Numbered from the stretch's first letter, positions 34,897 through 49,366 are shown. The stretch: 49,444 nt of DNA from Chara braunii (GCA_003427395.1 BFEA01000022.1:3787432-3836875), one strand, 5' to 3'. Notes: a model not told the origin generated them from the letters alone. A program made the numbers and translations.

Positions 34897-36338
34897 CATC
34901 CTGAAGCGGGGGTCAATAGCGCCTCGGGCCTCCAACAGCCACCTCTCACACAGACGGCCGGTCGGGGCGCGGCCTAGTGTACAGCCTATCGTGGGCCTTG
35001 GTGGGCTAGGCCCGGCGCCCCCGCTGTGCTTGAGGGGAACTTCGAGGGAACCAACTACTAGAGGTCCGATGAGTCATTTCCCCCCTGCGCCTAAGTCCGG
35101 CAAACAGTATCGCTGTTGGGCCTTGCCACACCTGCCCTGTCCCGTTCTACTCCGGTGGAGTTCACCACCGCCTTTGACCCCCAAGAGGCAGCTCCCCCAC
35201 AAACAGCTGGTCACGGAGTCAGAGGCGCGACCTGCAGCAAAGCTTAGCATGGGCCCTAGTGGACCGGGCCCCGTGCGGCTCTCGGAGGTAGTAGCAATAT
35301 TCAAATGAGACTTTGAGGACCGAGTGGAGAAGGATTCCAAACGAAACAAAGCCCCACAGCGGCCCCGCCCCGATGCCCCGACCGCTGCCCCGGCGCAAAT
35401 CAGCCTTTTACGGAGTCCATCACTCTTGCTCACTCTCACTTCCACAGCCGATCGTGGTTAGCGGACGGTGCACCCGTGGCAACCCCCGCCACTCAGGTTT
35501 CTTTCCGCCTCGCGGGCGAACCACCCACCAGCTTGCATGCACGGCGACCCCTAAATCCACGTTTTCAACGACGAGTAGGATAAAGGAATTTCGCCGGCAT
35601 CCTGAACACACGGGGATTCATAAGTCAACAAAAAGGAGGCTCGCGCTCAAGGCTTTTGAGCGCCATGACGCCCCCTAAATCCGATGCCACGTCCGTTTTC
35701 AGGGAACGTTGGTTCATAAAAAAATAATAAAAATATAATGATAAATAAGTAAAAATATTTAGAACTTTTAATCGTTAGAATATGACGAATGAGAAAAGGC
35801 AAAAATGTTAGTACCGTCCGAACGCCGCCGACAGCAAAACCAAGGGGGATAGCCCCATCGGGCCCTCAACCCCTCGGCCTCCTCGCGCCGCTCCGATATC
35901 CCCGCGTTGTCGCCGCTTGATCTCGATCCCTGAGTCTCCCTGATGAAAGTCTGACACCATAACCACTAGTGTTAGGCCCAAGTCTAAGTCTAACTTTGAC
36001 GGATACCTACATAAACGAATACTGCGCAACGAGCGAACTTACTGGAACGTTTTAGTATCACACTGTTGTCAATGCCGTCCTCCGCACGTGAGCACAAGTC
36101 ACAGGCAGGCGCATTAATCAACGAGACATAATCTTTTTAATCCTAGTTTAATCAGAAATAAAAACTTTAGCCGGCGGTCAATGTCGGTCTCCACAATCAT
36201 CAAAAGCAAAAACGATCACGCGCGCCTCAAACCTGCGCGCCCACACACACTCTAATCTAGTCAATCGTCCAGCCAACATAAACCACAGGCACAGCCTCGC
36301 CTCGCGCGGTATGCTTAAACTTTAAACCAAACTTATTT

Positions 36339-37931
36339 TTATCGCTTGCGAAAACCAGGGCGGAATCCCTTGTAAGGGTATTCACACCAACAACGTGGCC
36401 TTGGAGAGTTAACCTCTGATTGTCGGCCCCCAGGGATGCTCGTTGAGGGGGGTTCAGAGATCATTGGAAATAGAGCTGCCGACTGCAAGCCTGGTGAAGA
36501 TGCCGCCCTGATGGCCGGACTCCTGTCGCAACAAGTTATAGTCACTCCCCTGATTGGGGGTGGTTGGCTAACAAACGGCCCAAAGGCAGACGCTGAGGGC
36601 TGCACAATTCTGGAATGTTGCGGAATTCCATATGGTAGTTGCGACGTGTGCCAAGGCATAGCCATCGACAGATTCCAGTATTGTCCCATCATGGGATGAC
36701 TACTATGCATTGACGGATGTACTGGGACTCCAGCAGGTGGATAAGAAGCCAAGCCCGGTGAGAACATCAGGTTATTGTGGAGTGAACCTCCATGGGGCAA
36801 CACCCCTAGGGGGATGCTCGTTGATAGCGAAGCTGGAGCAGGTTCAGCGTTCACTCCAGAGGAAGACGGAAGAGGACCCAACGAACCTTGATACTGAGCA
36901 GGAACAACTTTTCCTCCAGAAGGGGACGAAGGAGGACCCAAAGGTCCATGATATTGAGCAGAGGTCACCTCGTGGACACCGCCTTGTGGACCGTTATTCC
37001 TTGCAGTAGAAGTGGCTTGATTGTTCTGTTGATTGCTCCTTCTGCACTCCACTTCTGAATGAAAGAAGGCTCGGCATCTTCGACATCTCGGTGTCTCAGT
37101 TGAGGCCAACTTCACTTCGAGGGTATCTCCCTCCGAAGTATCGATCCAGATCTGATCTTTCATACTTGCTCTTGCAGACGAATCAATCTCAAACTTGATA
37201 TTGACTAATGAAGGACGCATCCAGTCTTGCTCAGGAGGAAAAGATCTCAGGACCGGACCAATCGCCTTGCTCACTTGTGCTTCCAAGAAAAGGAAAGCAT
37301 CAAGTGGAACTTGCACCGCCACCACCCAAAAGTGATGTTCATCTTCTCTTCGGCGTTGAGCTCATAGCTGAGCTTTCGTGAGCCAAGGTTTGAACTCAAA
37401 GATGTATTGAGTAGAGTCGATGCAGACTTCGTCTTGTCCTTTCTCAACAAGCCATCTCGCGATTTCGCTGGATCGCGCCACATGCAAAATCACGTTTGGA
37501 CTCTCAATTTTAACTCGGCCTCGACTGAAATTCGCAACCTCAAAAGTGCCATCGTTGGTCTTCTTGTCTTCGTATGCCCGAACGATATCGTCCTTGACAT
37601 TCTTCGGGAGGAATCTCGCTCCAACTCGGAATATAAACATGACGGTATGTTCCTTCAACCAATTAATCTTGGTTTGGTCCAAATCCACGTTGACTTTGAA
37701 GCGTCCTTCTCGTCCTTCAATCGTCATCTCATCTGGGTCGATGTCCATGGGCATCAGTCCATCGAGATAGCATAAACGAACCAGTTCTCTAAGCCTTGAG
37801 TTATCTTCTTCGCCCCCCAAAGGAGCTTGAGAGGCCGATCTTGCTCCAATGTCCCTTACTCCCGCTTGAGCGCCATCACGACCAACCTCTACAACACCTT
37901 CCATAATTATTGATGCATCCATCTTCAACAA
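36339..37931 (-). pseudogene. LINE-C ORF1 fragment
   Basis: INWLKEHTV..IVRAYED..SPNV..FKPWLTK align with LINE-A/B ORF1; canonical CX2CX4HX4C knuckle CRRCRAFFHSEVEC. Confidence 0.85.
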
Positions 37932-38880
37932 CCTACTTAATCACCTGAGGATCTCTGGGTAACTTAATTAGCAACGAAAACGGTCAGCATTACTAGACCT
38001 AATCAAACTCCAAAACACTCAGGCTTCAAGTCCTCCTGGGGTCTGCCGGGTGCCAAGTCGAGGGAACCTCCATGTCCTCACACTATAGACATGACCTAGA
38101 GCAAAGCTAGGTGACGGTCCCTTGAAACTGCCGCGCAGATATCTCGATGGTATGTCCCGCAGCCAAACACTCCGTCGTTACCGACCGCGAAGGGCTTGGT
38201 CCGAGCGCACTAGCGCCGGCGGAAGCGCTCCCGTAGTCCCCCCTCTTTTTGGGTCGGTATCCCCCCGCACTTCCTTTTCAAGGGCGGACACTTGGCCGCG
38301 GGGATGTTCGCAGCCAAAGGTTGCGCCTTACCCCGTTGCTTTTTTGTCGTGTAGCACAACTTTCTTTTCAGGGAAAGTCGACGACCGTTAACAGGGGTTT
38401 ACAGGGCGTCGACAGGGGCGCTGGAAGGGTGAGGTCGCAAACATAAAAACGACCGGTAGGCTAAGAGGTCGCGCGAAAGCTTGGACGTTAAGCGACCAGC
38501 GGTAGGTCGGGGAGGTCGTCCGAGGTCTGGCGGGCGGCGTCTAGTGTTTCCTGTTTGGGAGACCATCGTTTTTTTTTTTTTTCGTCCTTTTTTTTGTTTT
38601 ATCGACGATTTTTTTTTGTTTTTTCCGCCCTTTTGTTTTCAGTCTCGATTTCGGCGGAGGGTCCGGCATGCTTTAGAGAAGAGAAAGGGATTCATTTCGT
38701 TGCCTGTGCATTGGGCCTCGCTCCATATACTACATAAACGCGCATGCATTTGGACGTTTTGTTGTCCGAGTGCACCTTGTGCGTAAAGCTTATGAATGCA
38801 TGTGTGTGAATGTATCTTGTCCCTAAGGCGTGGAAATGCATGTGTGTGCAGCCTGGAAAAGAGACCGTGCGCGTGTAGAA
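36339..38880 (-). mobile_element. LINE-C: 5' region + ORF1 of a more distant family, 3'-truncated
   Basis: Conserved 5' element 38307-38519; ORF1 homology; no ORF2 downstream. Confidence 0.8.
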
Positions 38881-38950
38881 GGCTCTTTTCTTCTTCTTTT
38901 TCTTTTTGAAAAGAACACGTTCATTATATTCCAATAGAACACATTGTCAC

Positions 38951-39011
38951 GAGGCCCGGGACCTCACAATTCAACCCGGAGTTATCTCGGCAGCAGCAGC
39001 CGGTTTAGCTT
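38951..39011 (-). promoter_or_regulatory. Conserved LINE 3' UTR stem-loop motif
   Basis: Homologue of 9612-9673. Confidence 0.75.
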
Positions 39012-39514
39012 CTGAACTTGAAAATATCCAGCCCCACTTGTCACTCATCTGTATTAGTCCACACATCCCCTACTACTACTATTCCTTTGCCTACTCTACC
39101 AGTCTTCTACCACTAACCAAATGACACCAACAAGCCATACTAACACCAAACCCACTATCAAAAACTTCTACCCCTTCATTCCCCAACCCCTTCCGCCTAA
39201 TCCAACCTCCACCCTAGGCCACCCAAACCCTGAAACAGGGCATGCCTGTTTCTTCTATGCTTCCTGAGTACTGTTAGCGGCGGTCCTCCTGCGAACCTAC
39301 CTCCAGACCGAGGAGCCAGGTCATTCTAAGCTACCTTATTATCCGAATCTACCTACCTACCCCTTTCCCTGTTTCCTGTGGACCTGTGCCCATTGTCCTG
39401 GAGTCTCATCTCTGCGTTTAAACCAGTACCGGTCGCTCGCGGCTCTCGCCTTAGTCCCCTCCTTTCCCTCCTCACCCACACGTCCACTCTTCTCCTTTCC
39501 CTTACTCAACCGTC

Positions 39515-42500
39515 TTACTGTGGTCTTCTGCCTTCCTCTGCGCTCAGCCAAGGAGCTAGCACCAGGTCTCCAGCCAGCGTGACAGCGGCCAATTGGTTTG
39601 CTCTTGCCCATGTGAAAAGGAACCACCTTTTGCCATTTGGCGCCCGACCGCTCCCCGCTCGTCTCACCCAGTCTGCCACAACCATCGTCCTGATCAAGGC
39701 CTTGACTCTGGCCTGGATGGCTGCATCTGCCGACCACTCATTCCGAAAGAGAATCTTATTTCGGTCTTCCCATATTACCCAGGCAATGGCAGACCGAATA
39801 GCTTGCGCCATGTATCCCCACCCACTGTGGTTGAAGAAGAGGGGGGGGAGCCGTCCCCCCACCACCCATTTTTCATCCCAAACCAGCGCAGAGCCTAAAC
39901 GTAGCCAATGATCCGCCCACGAGCGCTAGATCCTCTTCGAGGCTGGCCAGTCCCAAATCAAATGGTACGTCGTTTCTTCCTGTGTGTTCCCACAATGACG
40001 GCACTGGCGATTAACCTCCATCCCTTTGTCACCCAGCCACTTCGTTGATGGGATTGCGGAATGAGAGAGCAGCCACAGTAGTTCTGCAAGTTTAAGGCTT
40101 GGGAGGTCTGAGATCGCTGCCCAAACGGACTTCATTTCTGGGATTGTGGGGGCCGGGCGTAAGTTGAAAGTTCTGGCCGCCCTTTCACAAATCTGATTCA
40201 TTTTGGTTTCAGGCGGCTTCAGAACTCTCCTTCCCAGTTTTGTGTCATAGTTAGACAAGTTTCTCTTGCCTTGCCCATCCCAGTGCCACGAGTATGCTGT
40301 TGGGTTCATCCGTAGATTCAGAATGGCCGCCCCTCCTTGGATGAAAAAGTACTCTGGTCCCCGTCTGGGTCCTGGTTTCAGGCATACTCGAATGGCAGTG
40401 AGAGGTTGTTCTACGTTGATCGCCTCTTCCTCAACTCTTCGAAGCTTGGTCCCATCTGTACCGGTGCTTGACAGTTCCCATTTCGAAGCGTTCCAAACCT
40501 CTTCATCAAGTTTGTCTTCCAGCCTGTACACCTGCTCCACCTTATCTCCCAGGTGAGCCTCTTTATACCACGCCCCTACTGTCTTTGTGTCTTGTTTGAC
40601 CAATTCCACCTTCCAGCCCAATGGTATAGCTTTTGTCAGTTCTCTGAGTCTGGTCCCCACTTCGTGGAGTCTCCCCAGAGGTCCTCTGAGTTCGGCTTCT
40701 GTTTTTCAGTCCCTCCACCCTTCGTCCCAAAAATCTCTGATCCGGGACACACCTTTCTCAATCCACCTCCTTCCAAAGGTACCAGGCCCGACGATTTCCA
40801 AAATGCTGCCCGTTAGATCTCTGATATTTGGATTCTCGAAGAGTTGTTGCATCAAGACTTCTTCTTTTAACACAGGTTCGGAGGGTAACTGAGGACGCAA
40901 TCTGTTCCAGGCCGTGCACCAGGCTGCTCCCAATGCCGATTTTGGTCTGCGTTTGAGAAATGCTGCCAGCTGTAGGCAAAGCCACACATCTTCTTTGCGA
41001 GTGAGGTGGAATTCCCGCTGCAAAATGTATTGCATGATTAGCAGTCAATTTCGTTCCTCTCCCTGCAGGCTGATCTTTTGAAGCCATTTCCCCAACATAG
41101 CCACATTCTGTCTTTCAGGGTCGACAATCCCCAGTCCCCCTTCACCCTTAGCCTGCGTGATCGTGTCCCAGGCTACCTTAGAGATGAAGCCCTTTTCCTC
41201 CGTCTCTCCTGGTTTCCATAGGTAGCAAGATGTTGCCCTTCGAATCTGTTGGATGGTGGTTCTTGAAATCAGGATCACGGCAGCAATGTGCCATATGAGC
41301 GAAAGGATAGACATTGAGATTACTGTTGCCCGACCCATGAGGGACAGACCCATATGGCACATTGCTGCCGAGATTACTGTTGCCCGACCCAATCAGGATC
41401 GCTGCATCTTTTTGCCCTGGCTTCCACTTTGCCCACCAGAATCTTATCCTGCGCTGGCCGACTGTTCGTCGGCGATACTTGGAGTCCCAAGTACCGTTCC
41501 GACTCATTAAGCCCTATGCCCTTCATGGTCCAATCCTCTATAACGTCGTATTCTTCCGGGAGGAAGTATACAGACTTGTCTCAGTTGACCTTGGCCTCTG
41601 ACAGGTCTGCGTACATGTCCAAGACCCCTTTCGCTGCTCCCATGGACTCGCTGGTGGCCTCTGTGATGAGGAGCAGGTCGTTAGCGATCGCACCGGTCTT
41701 CACCTCCTCCCTCAACTCCAAGCCTTTCACCAGTCTGTTTGACCTTGTTGCATTGAGGACCACTTCTATCTGTAACACGAAAAGGAGAGGGGCCAGCGGG
41801 CACCCTTGCCTTAATGATCTAGTGAGGGCGAATTCTTGTGACTTCTTGCCGTTGACCAGCACTGTTGCTGTCGAGCGCTTGTACATACCTGCCACCCATC
41901 TCCGGGAACATACACCAAAGCTCATGTGTTCGAGTGTCGTCAGCACAAAGGACCAATTCACCCGATCATACGCTTTCTCCAGATCTAGCATTGACACTAG
42001 AACCTGTCTCTTCTCCTTCCCTATCACCTCCAATGCCCCCATCGCCACCATAATGTTCTCCGCTATCGACCTCCCTTTGACGAAGGCTCCTTGATCAGAC
42101 TTCACCAAATCGGGGAGGAACTGTCCTAGTCTTCGTGATAGGGCCTTTGCAAGTATTTTGTATGCAACATTGAGAAGGGAGATCGGGCGCCAATTCCTGA
42201 CATTCAACTTATCCCCCTTCTTGTACAACAGTGTAATGACCCCCCTGCACATGTCTTCGGTCAAACGTCCACCCTCCAAAACCTTGTTGAACAAGCTCAG
42301 CAATATCGGTCCTACTTGCCCCCACGTAGCTTCGAAAAATTCGACCAGGAGGCCATCGTCCCCGGGCGACTTTCCCCTCGCCATGCTTTTAGTTGCCTCC
42401 TTCAGTTCCTCTAGAGTGAAGGGTCGGTCCAGGCTGAGTCTCTGCTGCTGCGTCAAAGCCTCTGAGGTGTGTTGCCACATGTTGCCCTGATTTTGCATCT

Positions 42501-43821
42501 CCACCAGCGATTCCTCTGGAGGTCTTCGTGAGGTAAGGATGTCTAAATAATACTCGGCCGCAAACTGGGACATCGCTTCGGTTGTTACAACTAGATCTGC
42601 CTGTGCATTAAAGGGGTGTTGCAGTGCTCTGATCTTGCTATGACTGTGCGGTGGACATAGTCTGTGAAACGTGTCTTTAGTCATGCGATCCACTTGCGCC
42701 ATCCCTCTCTCCCTTGCTCTCTTTGCCCAGGCCTCCTGCTGTTCAATCTGGATAATCTCCAACTTCTTCACCCCATTGATTCTTCTCCTTTCCCAATAAA
42801 TATTTGTCAGCGGATCTCTCCCCATCTGATCTTCCACTTCCTCAATCAGGGCGAGGCACTCTTGTTCTTCCCTGTTTCTTTGCTTTGCTAGTATTCTGGA
42901 GAAGGCGTCCAAGGCTCTGGTCACCATGCGGAATCCGAGTTGGACCCACTCTTCCTCTGATGCAAACCACTCTCTCGTTTTCTCCCAGTCTTCCCAGTGT
43001 CTCTTGCACCAATCCAACACCGCTGGATTCTTCAAATTCTCTGTGTTTAGACGAAAAAAACCAGCTTCTTTCTTCAAACCTCCACCCAACCTTAATATTG
43101 CCAATACTGGTTTATGGTCCAACATATATGTTGTGTCTACCAAGACTTCGGTCATGGCCTCCCAAGCTGCCCCTCTGGCTAACATCAAGTCCAGCCTGCG
43201 TCTTGCCATTGGCTGGTTTTCCCTTTGCTGATTTGAAAACCATGTGAAGCCGGGGTCCTCAGGGTGCATTTGCCTGAACGAGTCTGTAAGTTCTCTCTCC
43301 GCCATGAACTGCAGGAGCAATCTTGCATCCACTTTCCGTTCTGCAATGTCTGGCGAGTCCAAACCAGGTTGGATAACCGTGTTGAAGTCGTTTGCAACCA
43401 CCACGTTCTGGGCTTCTGGAACAATATGTTGGAGTTTTGACAGAAAATATCTTCTTTCCCCGGGAACCGCAGGTGCATACACAAACATTAGGACCCACTC
43501 CTGTTCCTGCATTTGAATTCTCACCCACACCCATTGACTCCAAATGTCAGTCCTACTGTCTAGGATAGTTAGTTCTAGATCCCGATGGAAGAGGATTGCA
43601 GTCCCCCCTTTGGTACCGTTTGCCGGTGCCCAAAACTGGGGGCCGGACCACCAACGAGCCAACTGTGTAATTTTTTGTTCGTCCAGTTTGGTTTCCTGCA
43701 AAAGGACAATTTGTGCCTTTTTTCTGTGAATCCACGTCTTCAGTCGGCTCCATTTGAAAGTCCGTGAGGTGTCCCCAAGCCCTCGGACATTCCATGTTGC
43801 GATATTCAGTTTATCTGTCAT
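39515..43821 (-). pseudogene. LINE-B ORF2 (APE-RT-zinc finger), disrupted 3' of 41581
   Basis: 746-aa ORF with TWNVRG, LQETK, WRPISLLN, LDLEKAYDRV, RQGCPLAP and IAND; further pieces contain CRHC..ETTYHLIW. Confidence 0.95.
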
Positions 43822-46800
43822 TTACTGGTGTCTGGGCGGCACTAGTTTGGATCTGCTGTGCATCATTGTGGCCCCTGCTGCTACCCTTCTTTTTCCTACC
43901 CTGGCCTGGCCCTTGTCCCTCTGTCTCTGTTCCTGTTTCCCAAGGGGCTAGCAGTAAGTTCCTAAAAGATGGGGACCATGGCTGTTTGTCCGCTGCCAAT
44001 GTTGCGCAGAATTCCGCCACGAAGCCCGCGTTTATCTGCTCGAGGAGATCCAGGTTTTCGGCTTCTTTCGAGGTGTTGGGGTCCAGCCATGTTGGGGCGA
44101 TCCAAAAAGATCCCTGATCTGCCAGGACTGTTGCGATTTCGGACGTGATTTTCACATCTGCGAGTACTATGTGAAAACACACATGCAAACCATTGGGGAG
44201 AGTGAGGGATTTCCTGCCCGTTCTGATACCTGGCACCAGTCTGAATGCAAAACGGTTAGCTGCCAATAACTGTATAGCGTTGCGTAGTGCTTCCTTGGTG
44301 GAGGGGACTGCGTTAACAGGAATGGTGGGTAGGGCACATCGACCAGAGTTTGTTTTGAGAGCCATGATCTTGACCCCTTGTGGTGCTAACGAGGCACACA
44401 GCGGTATAAGGAAGTGTAATATTTCTTTTGCATCAGCTGTCGTTGTTGTACTGGCTGCCCCGTATAACCTGGATGGGCCAGCCCCCACATTTCCTGTTCC
44501 CATAACTTGCCCTGTATTCTCTGTGTTCTCCTGTTGTGTTCTCGTGGGTCGGATAGTGTAAAACTCTACCTCCCTCTCTTCCTCTTCCCTGGTTGTCTCG
44601 CTCAGTCCTTCATCTCCTACTCTTCTCATCTTCACCGGTGCCTGTAGAGACATTCTGTTTCCGGGGTCCCTCATAATGTGATCTCTGAGAGGGGGGTCAC
44701 CCTCTGTATACGGTCTGTCCCTCTGTCCCCGATCTTCCTCCCTTCGTGTTCCCCCTGTTGCTTCCCTCCCTCTTTGTTGGTTGTGGTTCCCATCCCCATT
44801 CGGTCTCACTCCTAGTACTTCTAATGTCGTCAGTTCCTCACTTTTGTTCTCTATTTCGAACTCTGAATTAATGTGTACCGCTACAAATGGCTGTCTCGAA
44901 AGCTCTCTCGGAGGTAGGCCCTATGGAGGCGGGGCTGGTGTGGGGCCTGGGCCTTGCTGCCCTCCCTCTACCTCTGTTGCTTGTACATTTGTGTAGGCAG
45001 TGTTCAGTGTTTGAGCCATGGATGGTCCTGGACCCAAGCTTTCCACCATTCTCAGTCCGTCTTCCCCATTTCCTCCCTGCAAGTGGTGTGTTGGTCGACT
45101 TATGCCGGTTTGGCGGTTTGGGTCCCACAATCCTGCAATTTCAGCTGGCCCTGGAGCCCCGACTGGGACTAAAGGGAGCGGTCCTCCTTGGCTTTGACTG
45201 ACCATTTGTCTTTCTAATCCCTGGTTCCCCTGTGTCCCAAATCCCCCGTTTTGATTCCACCCCTAGTATGTGCCCAGATTTCCACCTGTTAGCAGCGATT
45301 GATGATTGTTAACTCCCATGCCCCTATTTCCCATAGCATGACTCGGACCAACCACTTCGACCCTACCTCCCTGCCCGAACCCCAACTGCGGTCTACTGAG
45401 TCCTATTGAGCCTGAGTGGCCTGGTATCCCTACCACGATTGTGAGGTCTTGTACCCCAGTTTGTACTTGCGATGTGTTAGCCCAGGGATGACGAGGCAGC
45501 AGGGGTTGTCCCCTTGCCTGCAGGGGTTGGGGTTGGGGGTGTCCATGTCCATGACCCTGAAATTGGAGCCCCTGGTAGGCTTGGTGCACCCCTGTAGATG
45601 GCTGGTTCAACCACGTAGGGGGGGCTGCCGAATACAGTCCTGTTCCCAGTCCCCTCCCCCTCGGTGTACTTCCTGTCAGCTGGAGGGCTGAAGGCTGGTG
45701 ACCTACGGGCTGCTGGTTCTAAGCGGCCTGCCTTCCAAATCCTGGTGGAAAGCCCTGTATCCCTGGTCTCTGTAGGTCCCCTGTTGTCCCTGAGCCCTGG
45801 TAGCTACCCAGATTAAGGACCGCGTTTCGGCGTGATGCTGGGGGGGGTGGTGGTGGGAGGGGGGCTGCACCATATAATATCATTGGTAGAGAGGGTGGTG
45901 GAGCACTGGAGGCTGGAGCACTAGAGGCTGGAGCACTGCTGGCTGGAGCACTGCTGGCTGGGGCACTGCTGGCTGGGGGGTGGCCCCTGCCTCCCCTTGC
46001 TAAATTTGCATAGTTGCTCCCTCCTCCTCTACCTCTTCCTCCTCCTCCTCTTCCCCTCCCTCCTCTTCCTCTGCCCCTTCCTCTGCGGCCTTCAGGCATT
46101 GGTTCATTTAACCTCGGACACTCCGGGTCAAATTCGTCATGAAACCACCAGAGACACTTGTTACAAAACAGAGTGTCCTGGTTGGCAAATTGTACTTCTA
46201 CGAAACCCGGACCGGTTGGCTGTCTAACCACTATCCATTCCTTGAAGTTCTGCTTGACTTCAGGAACACAATCAATCCTAATATTCCCAAGCCGTGTTCA
46301 TCTGCGTTTCTCTCTGGTGGGTGCATGTGGACAATTATTCCCATCATCCTTTCCACTGCAAATCTAAGTGGGAAAAGGGCTTCAAGCGGGACCCATAGTG
46401 CTATGATCCGGTACTTACCTGCTGCATCGTTGTCTCTCATCTCATCTATTTCCTGCTTGGTCATCCAGGGTTTAAAAATCCCCTTAATTGCTCCGTTTCT
46501 CGTAGGTATCATGTCCTCGCTTTTCATGATCATCCATTCTGCTATCCTCGCATTCCTTGCTATGTAACACGTGATGTTAGGGCCCTCCCCGTGAGTGTGT
46601 CCCCGTTTCTGTGATGGGTTGACGGTCGGTTCTAAGTACCATGCGTCCTCATAGATTCGGATCAATTGCTCTCTTTGTGCCACACTGATTGACATGGCTG
46701 GTTCATCAAACACCACTATAACCGTTCTGGCTTTGAGCCAATTGATTGTAGCCATGTTGACCTCTTCACTCAGCGTTAGGACTCCCACTCCGTCTATGAT

Positions 46801-46995
46801 CTCTGTCACTCCGAATTCAATCTCTGATTCAGGGAAGAGACCATCGTCAAAGCACAGATCCAGGAGCATTTTGATACGATTTGGGTCCTCTGCTCCGCTT
46901 GGGTTTGCAGGAGGTGCTCCCTGGACCATCATTCCTTGAACAACCATTCCCCCCGTCTGGGGAGGGTGGGGAGGATTAGGGTTCATGTTTTGCAT
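43811..46995 (-). pseudogene. LINE-B ORF1, frameshifted
   Basis: Pieces 46231-46995, 45719-46231 and 43811-44809 are homologous to LINE-A ORF1; CNKCLWWFHDEFDPEC knuckle; (PASSA)x5 repeat at ~45902-45976. Confidence 0.88.
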
Positions 46996-47306
46996 TTAAG
47001 TGAGGTCGATGACAATCAACCAACTCCGCCTTATGGGTTAGGGCGATAATGTCCGAGAGCAATAAGTACACAACTTAATGACGCCCCTCCGAACTCCTTA
47101 CTTCCCGCTTTGGCTAATTTTCAGATCCCAATTCGATCCCCGGTTACAGCCACCTTCGATAAATTTTATTCCAACCCTCCTTGTCTCTCGCTTTACGAAT
47201 TAAGTTGGTGCTCAATTACAAAGCCAGGCCATATTCTCAATTACAGCCCCCCCAGTGAGTTTTACCCCAATGGACGTGGTCCGGGACCTAGGGAGACCCC
47301 ACAAGG

Positions 47307-47440
47307 CACACGAAACGAAACATGGACCGAATGTATCTTCCAGCAGGAATGGCCAGGTTCATCAGTTTCGAGTGTATTTCGCCATTTTTCATGGGCAGGT
47401 GCACTCATTTCATTTTCGTTTCATGTGCCGTGTGGCGAAG
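47307..47440. repeat. Hairpin module duplicated within LINE-B 5' region (second copy 48628-48777)
   Basis: CACGAAACGAAA...GGCCAGGTTCATC...TGCACTC.TTTCATTTTCGTTTC present in both; the arms are self-complementary. Confidence 0.7.
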
Positions 47441-49147
47441 CTCATAGACGGAATTCGAACCCTTCGAAGGGCATCACCAACAAAATTATGGGGTGCGAGC
47501 GATGCTCTGGTATCAAAAGATGATGCAAAGATAGTATCAAGTGCGGTTAGCTCCCTATTTAGATAACGTTTCTCAGGGCTCCTTGTCTATCACTAGAGGA
47601 GCGGGTGGCTTTGGTTGGAAAGCATACTACTCCCGATATCTCCCACTCCTCGTTATCGTGTGATTCTTCATTAAGGGACTAGCAATCGCCCTAGGTCTCG
47701 TTTCAAAGGCGTTGACTCGATATTCTCCGCTTTCAGGAGAGGACAGGGGCTTATTAGTAGGTTGAACGATGAACTGGAAATAATTAAGGACGATCTCTGA
47801 CCAACCTATGGCTGAGGGTTTGTCGACCACGGAAGGCAACCGGATGTAAAGCGGGCTAAAAGTTAGAGACAAACGAAATCTAGTCTACACATCTCACCGT
47901 AGTCAAGGAGGGGGGTGAAGTATAGGGGAGAAGTTACACATGCAAGAGGAGTTACCCTTGTAGTCCACGACCAAAATTCCTTTGCCCAGAAGGTGATGGT
48001 TCGGCGTGCTCCTTTCACCTGGAAACTTCTCTGACTGTATTCATCCTCCTCTTCGACCCTCTGTTCCACATTGGGGACGTCGACGTCGTCGCGCCATGTC
48101 CATTCCTCATATTCCGCATATCATGGTTAACAACTCGTCATCTCCCGACCACTGTCTCGCCTCCATTCTCCCTCCTTCCCTGAAGGAATTTGACCCCGCC
48201 ATCTCCGGGGGAAGCTTCAGCGAATCCTCGTGGCTCAGGCCGCGTGCCTGTCCACGGGTCAGTGGCACCGGTTCAGCCGAACCGGTAGCGCTAGTCGGAG
48301 CGCTCCTGCGCCCGCTCTAGCGCCCGTCCCCCCGAGTCTGTATTTTCCCTTTTTCACCAAGGCTCTTTTCTTTCGATTTCGTCAATCGGAGATTCGCGTT
48401 AAACGAATCTTCAGCTAGAACATGGATAGATACACCGCCATGGTTTTTGTCTTGTGTGCATGTCGAGAGTAGCGGAGCCAGGCTCAAGGCTTCGAGCTTT
48501 TTTTTTTCTTTTTTTTTTCCCTTGCTTTCAGCTTTTTTGCTGTCCACGGCCTGCGAGCACCGTGGGTCGTCGTTGGCCTCCAAAAAAAAAAAAAAAAAAA
48601 AACACCAACATTGGGCGTCGTCGCACGGGACACGAAACGAAAAACGAAACGAGTGCATCCTCCTGCAGAAAACGGCCAGGTTCATCCGTTTGTTGTAAAT
48701 AGTAACGAGTGTACTTTGCCACCTTTCGTGGTCAGATGCACTCGTTTCATTTTCGTTTCGTTTGCGGTGTGGCAAGACCCATTGTCAAGTTGTGAGTGTG
48801 GGGGAGTAGCACACCCCCTCCCGCCCCATGCAATTCGCAACCAAAGGCTGCGCCTTACCCGGTTCGGCTTTTTTGTCGTCTAGAGCATTTCTTTTTTAGG
48901 CAGGTTTTCGTCCGTTAAGCGGGGTTTAGAGGGCGTCGAGAGGTGCATTGGAAGGGTGAGGTCGGGGAGGTGAAAACGACCAGTAGGCCGAGCGGTCGTC
49001 TCAGAGCTTAGAGGCTCAGCGACCATGGCGGGTTGGGGAGGTCGTTTGTATAAAGACGGTGGTCGGCGGCCGACGTGTGGTTTCGGTTTCCTTTTTGGGA
49101 ACAAGGCCGGGGGACTCTCGACGTGCAAAATGAGACCGAATCCACCA

Positions 49148-49264
49148 CTAGAACATGGAAAGATACATTGCCATCTTTTTGTCTTTTGTGCCTCAGAAGA
49201 AAAAAAAAATTGTCGGGCGCAAACAAAAGACAAAATATATGGCAATGTATCTTCCATGTTCTAG
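49148..49264. repeat. Foldback/inverted repeat in LINE-B 5' region
   Basis: CTAGAACATGGAAAGATACATTGCCAT...ATGGCAATGTATCTTCCATGTTCTAG; an extra single arm occurs at ~48414-48470. Confidence 0.85.
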
Positions 49265-49366
49265 CGGAGTATTCATTTTCATTTTGTACATCGAAGAGGC
49301 GCATTGGGTCGGCCGCATCCTATCGATGGAAGAAGTACCATGACGCCAGCACGACATTCGAGACTT

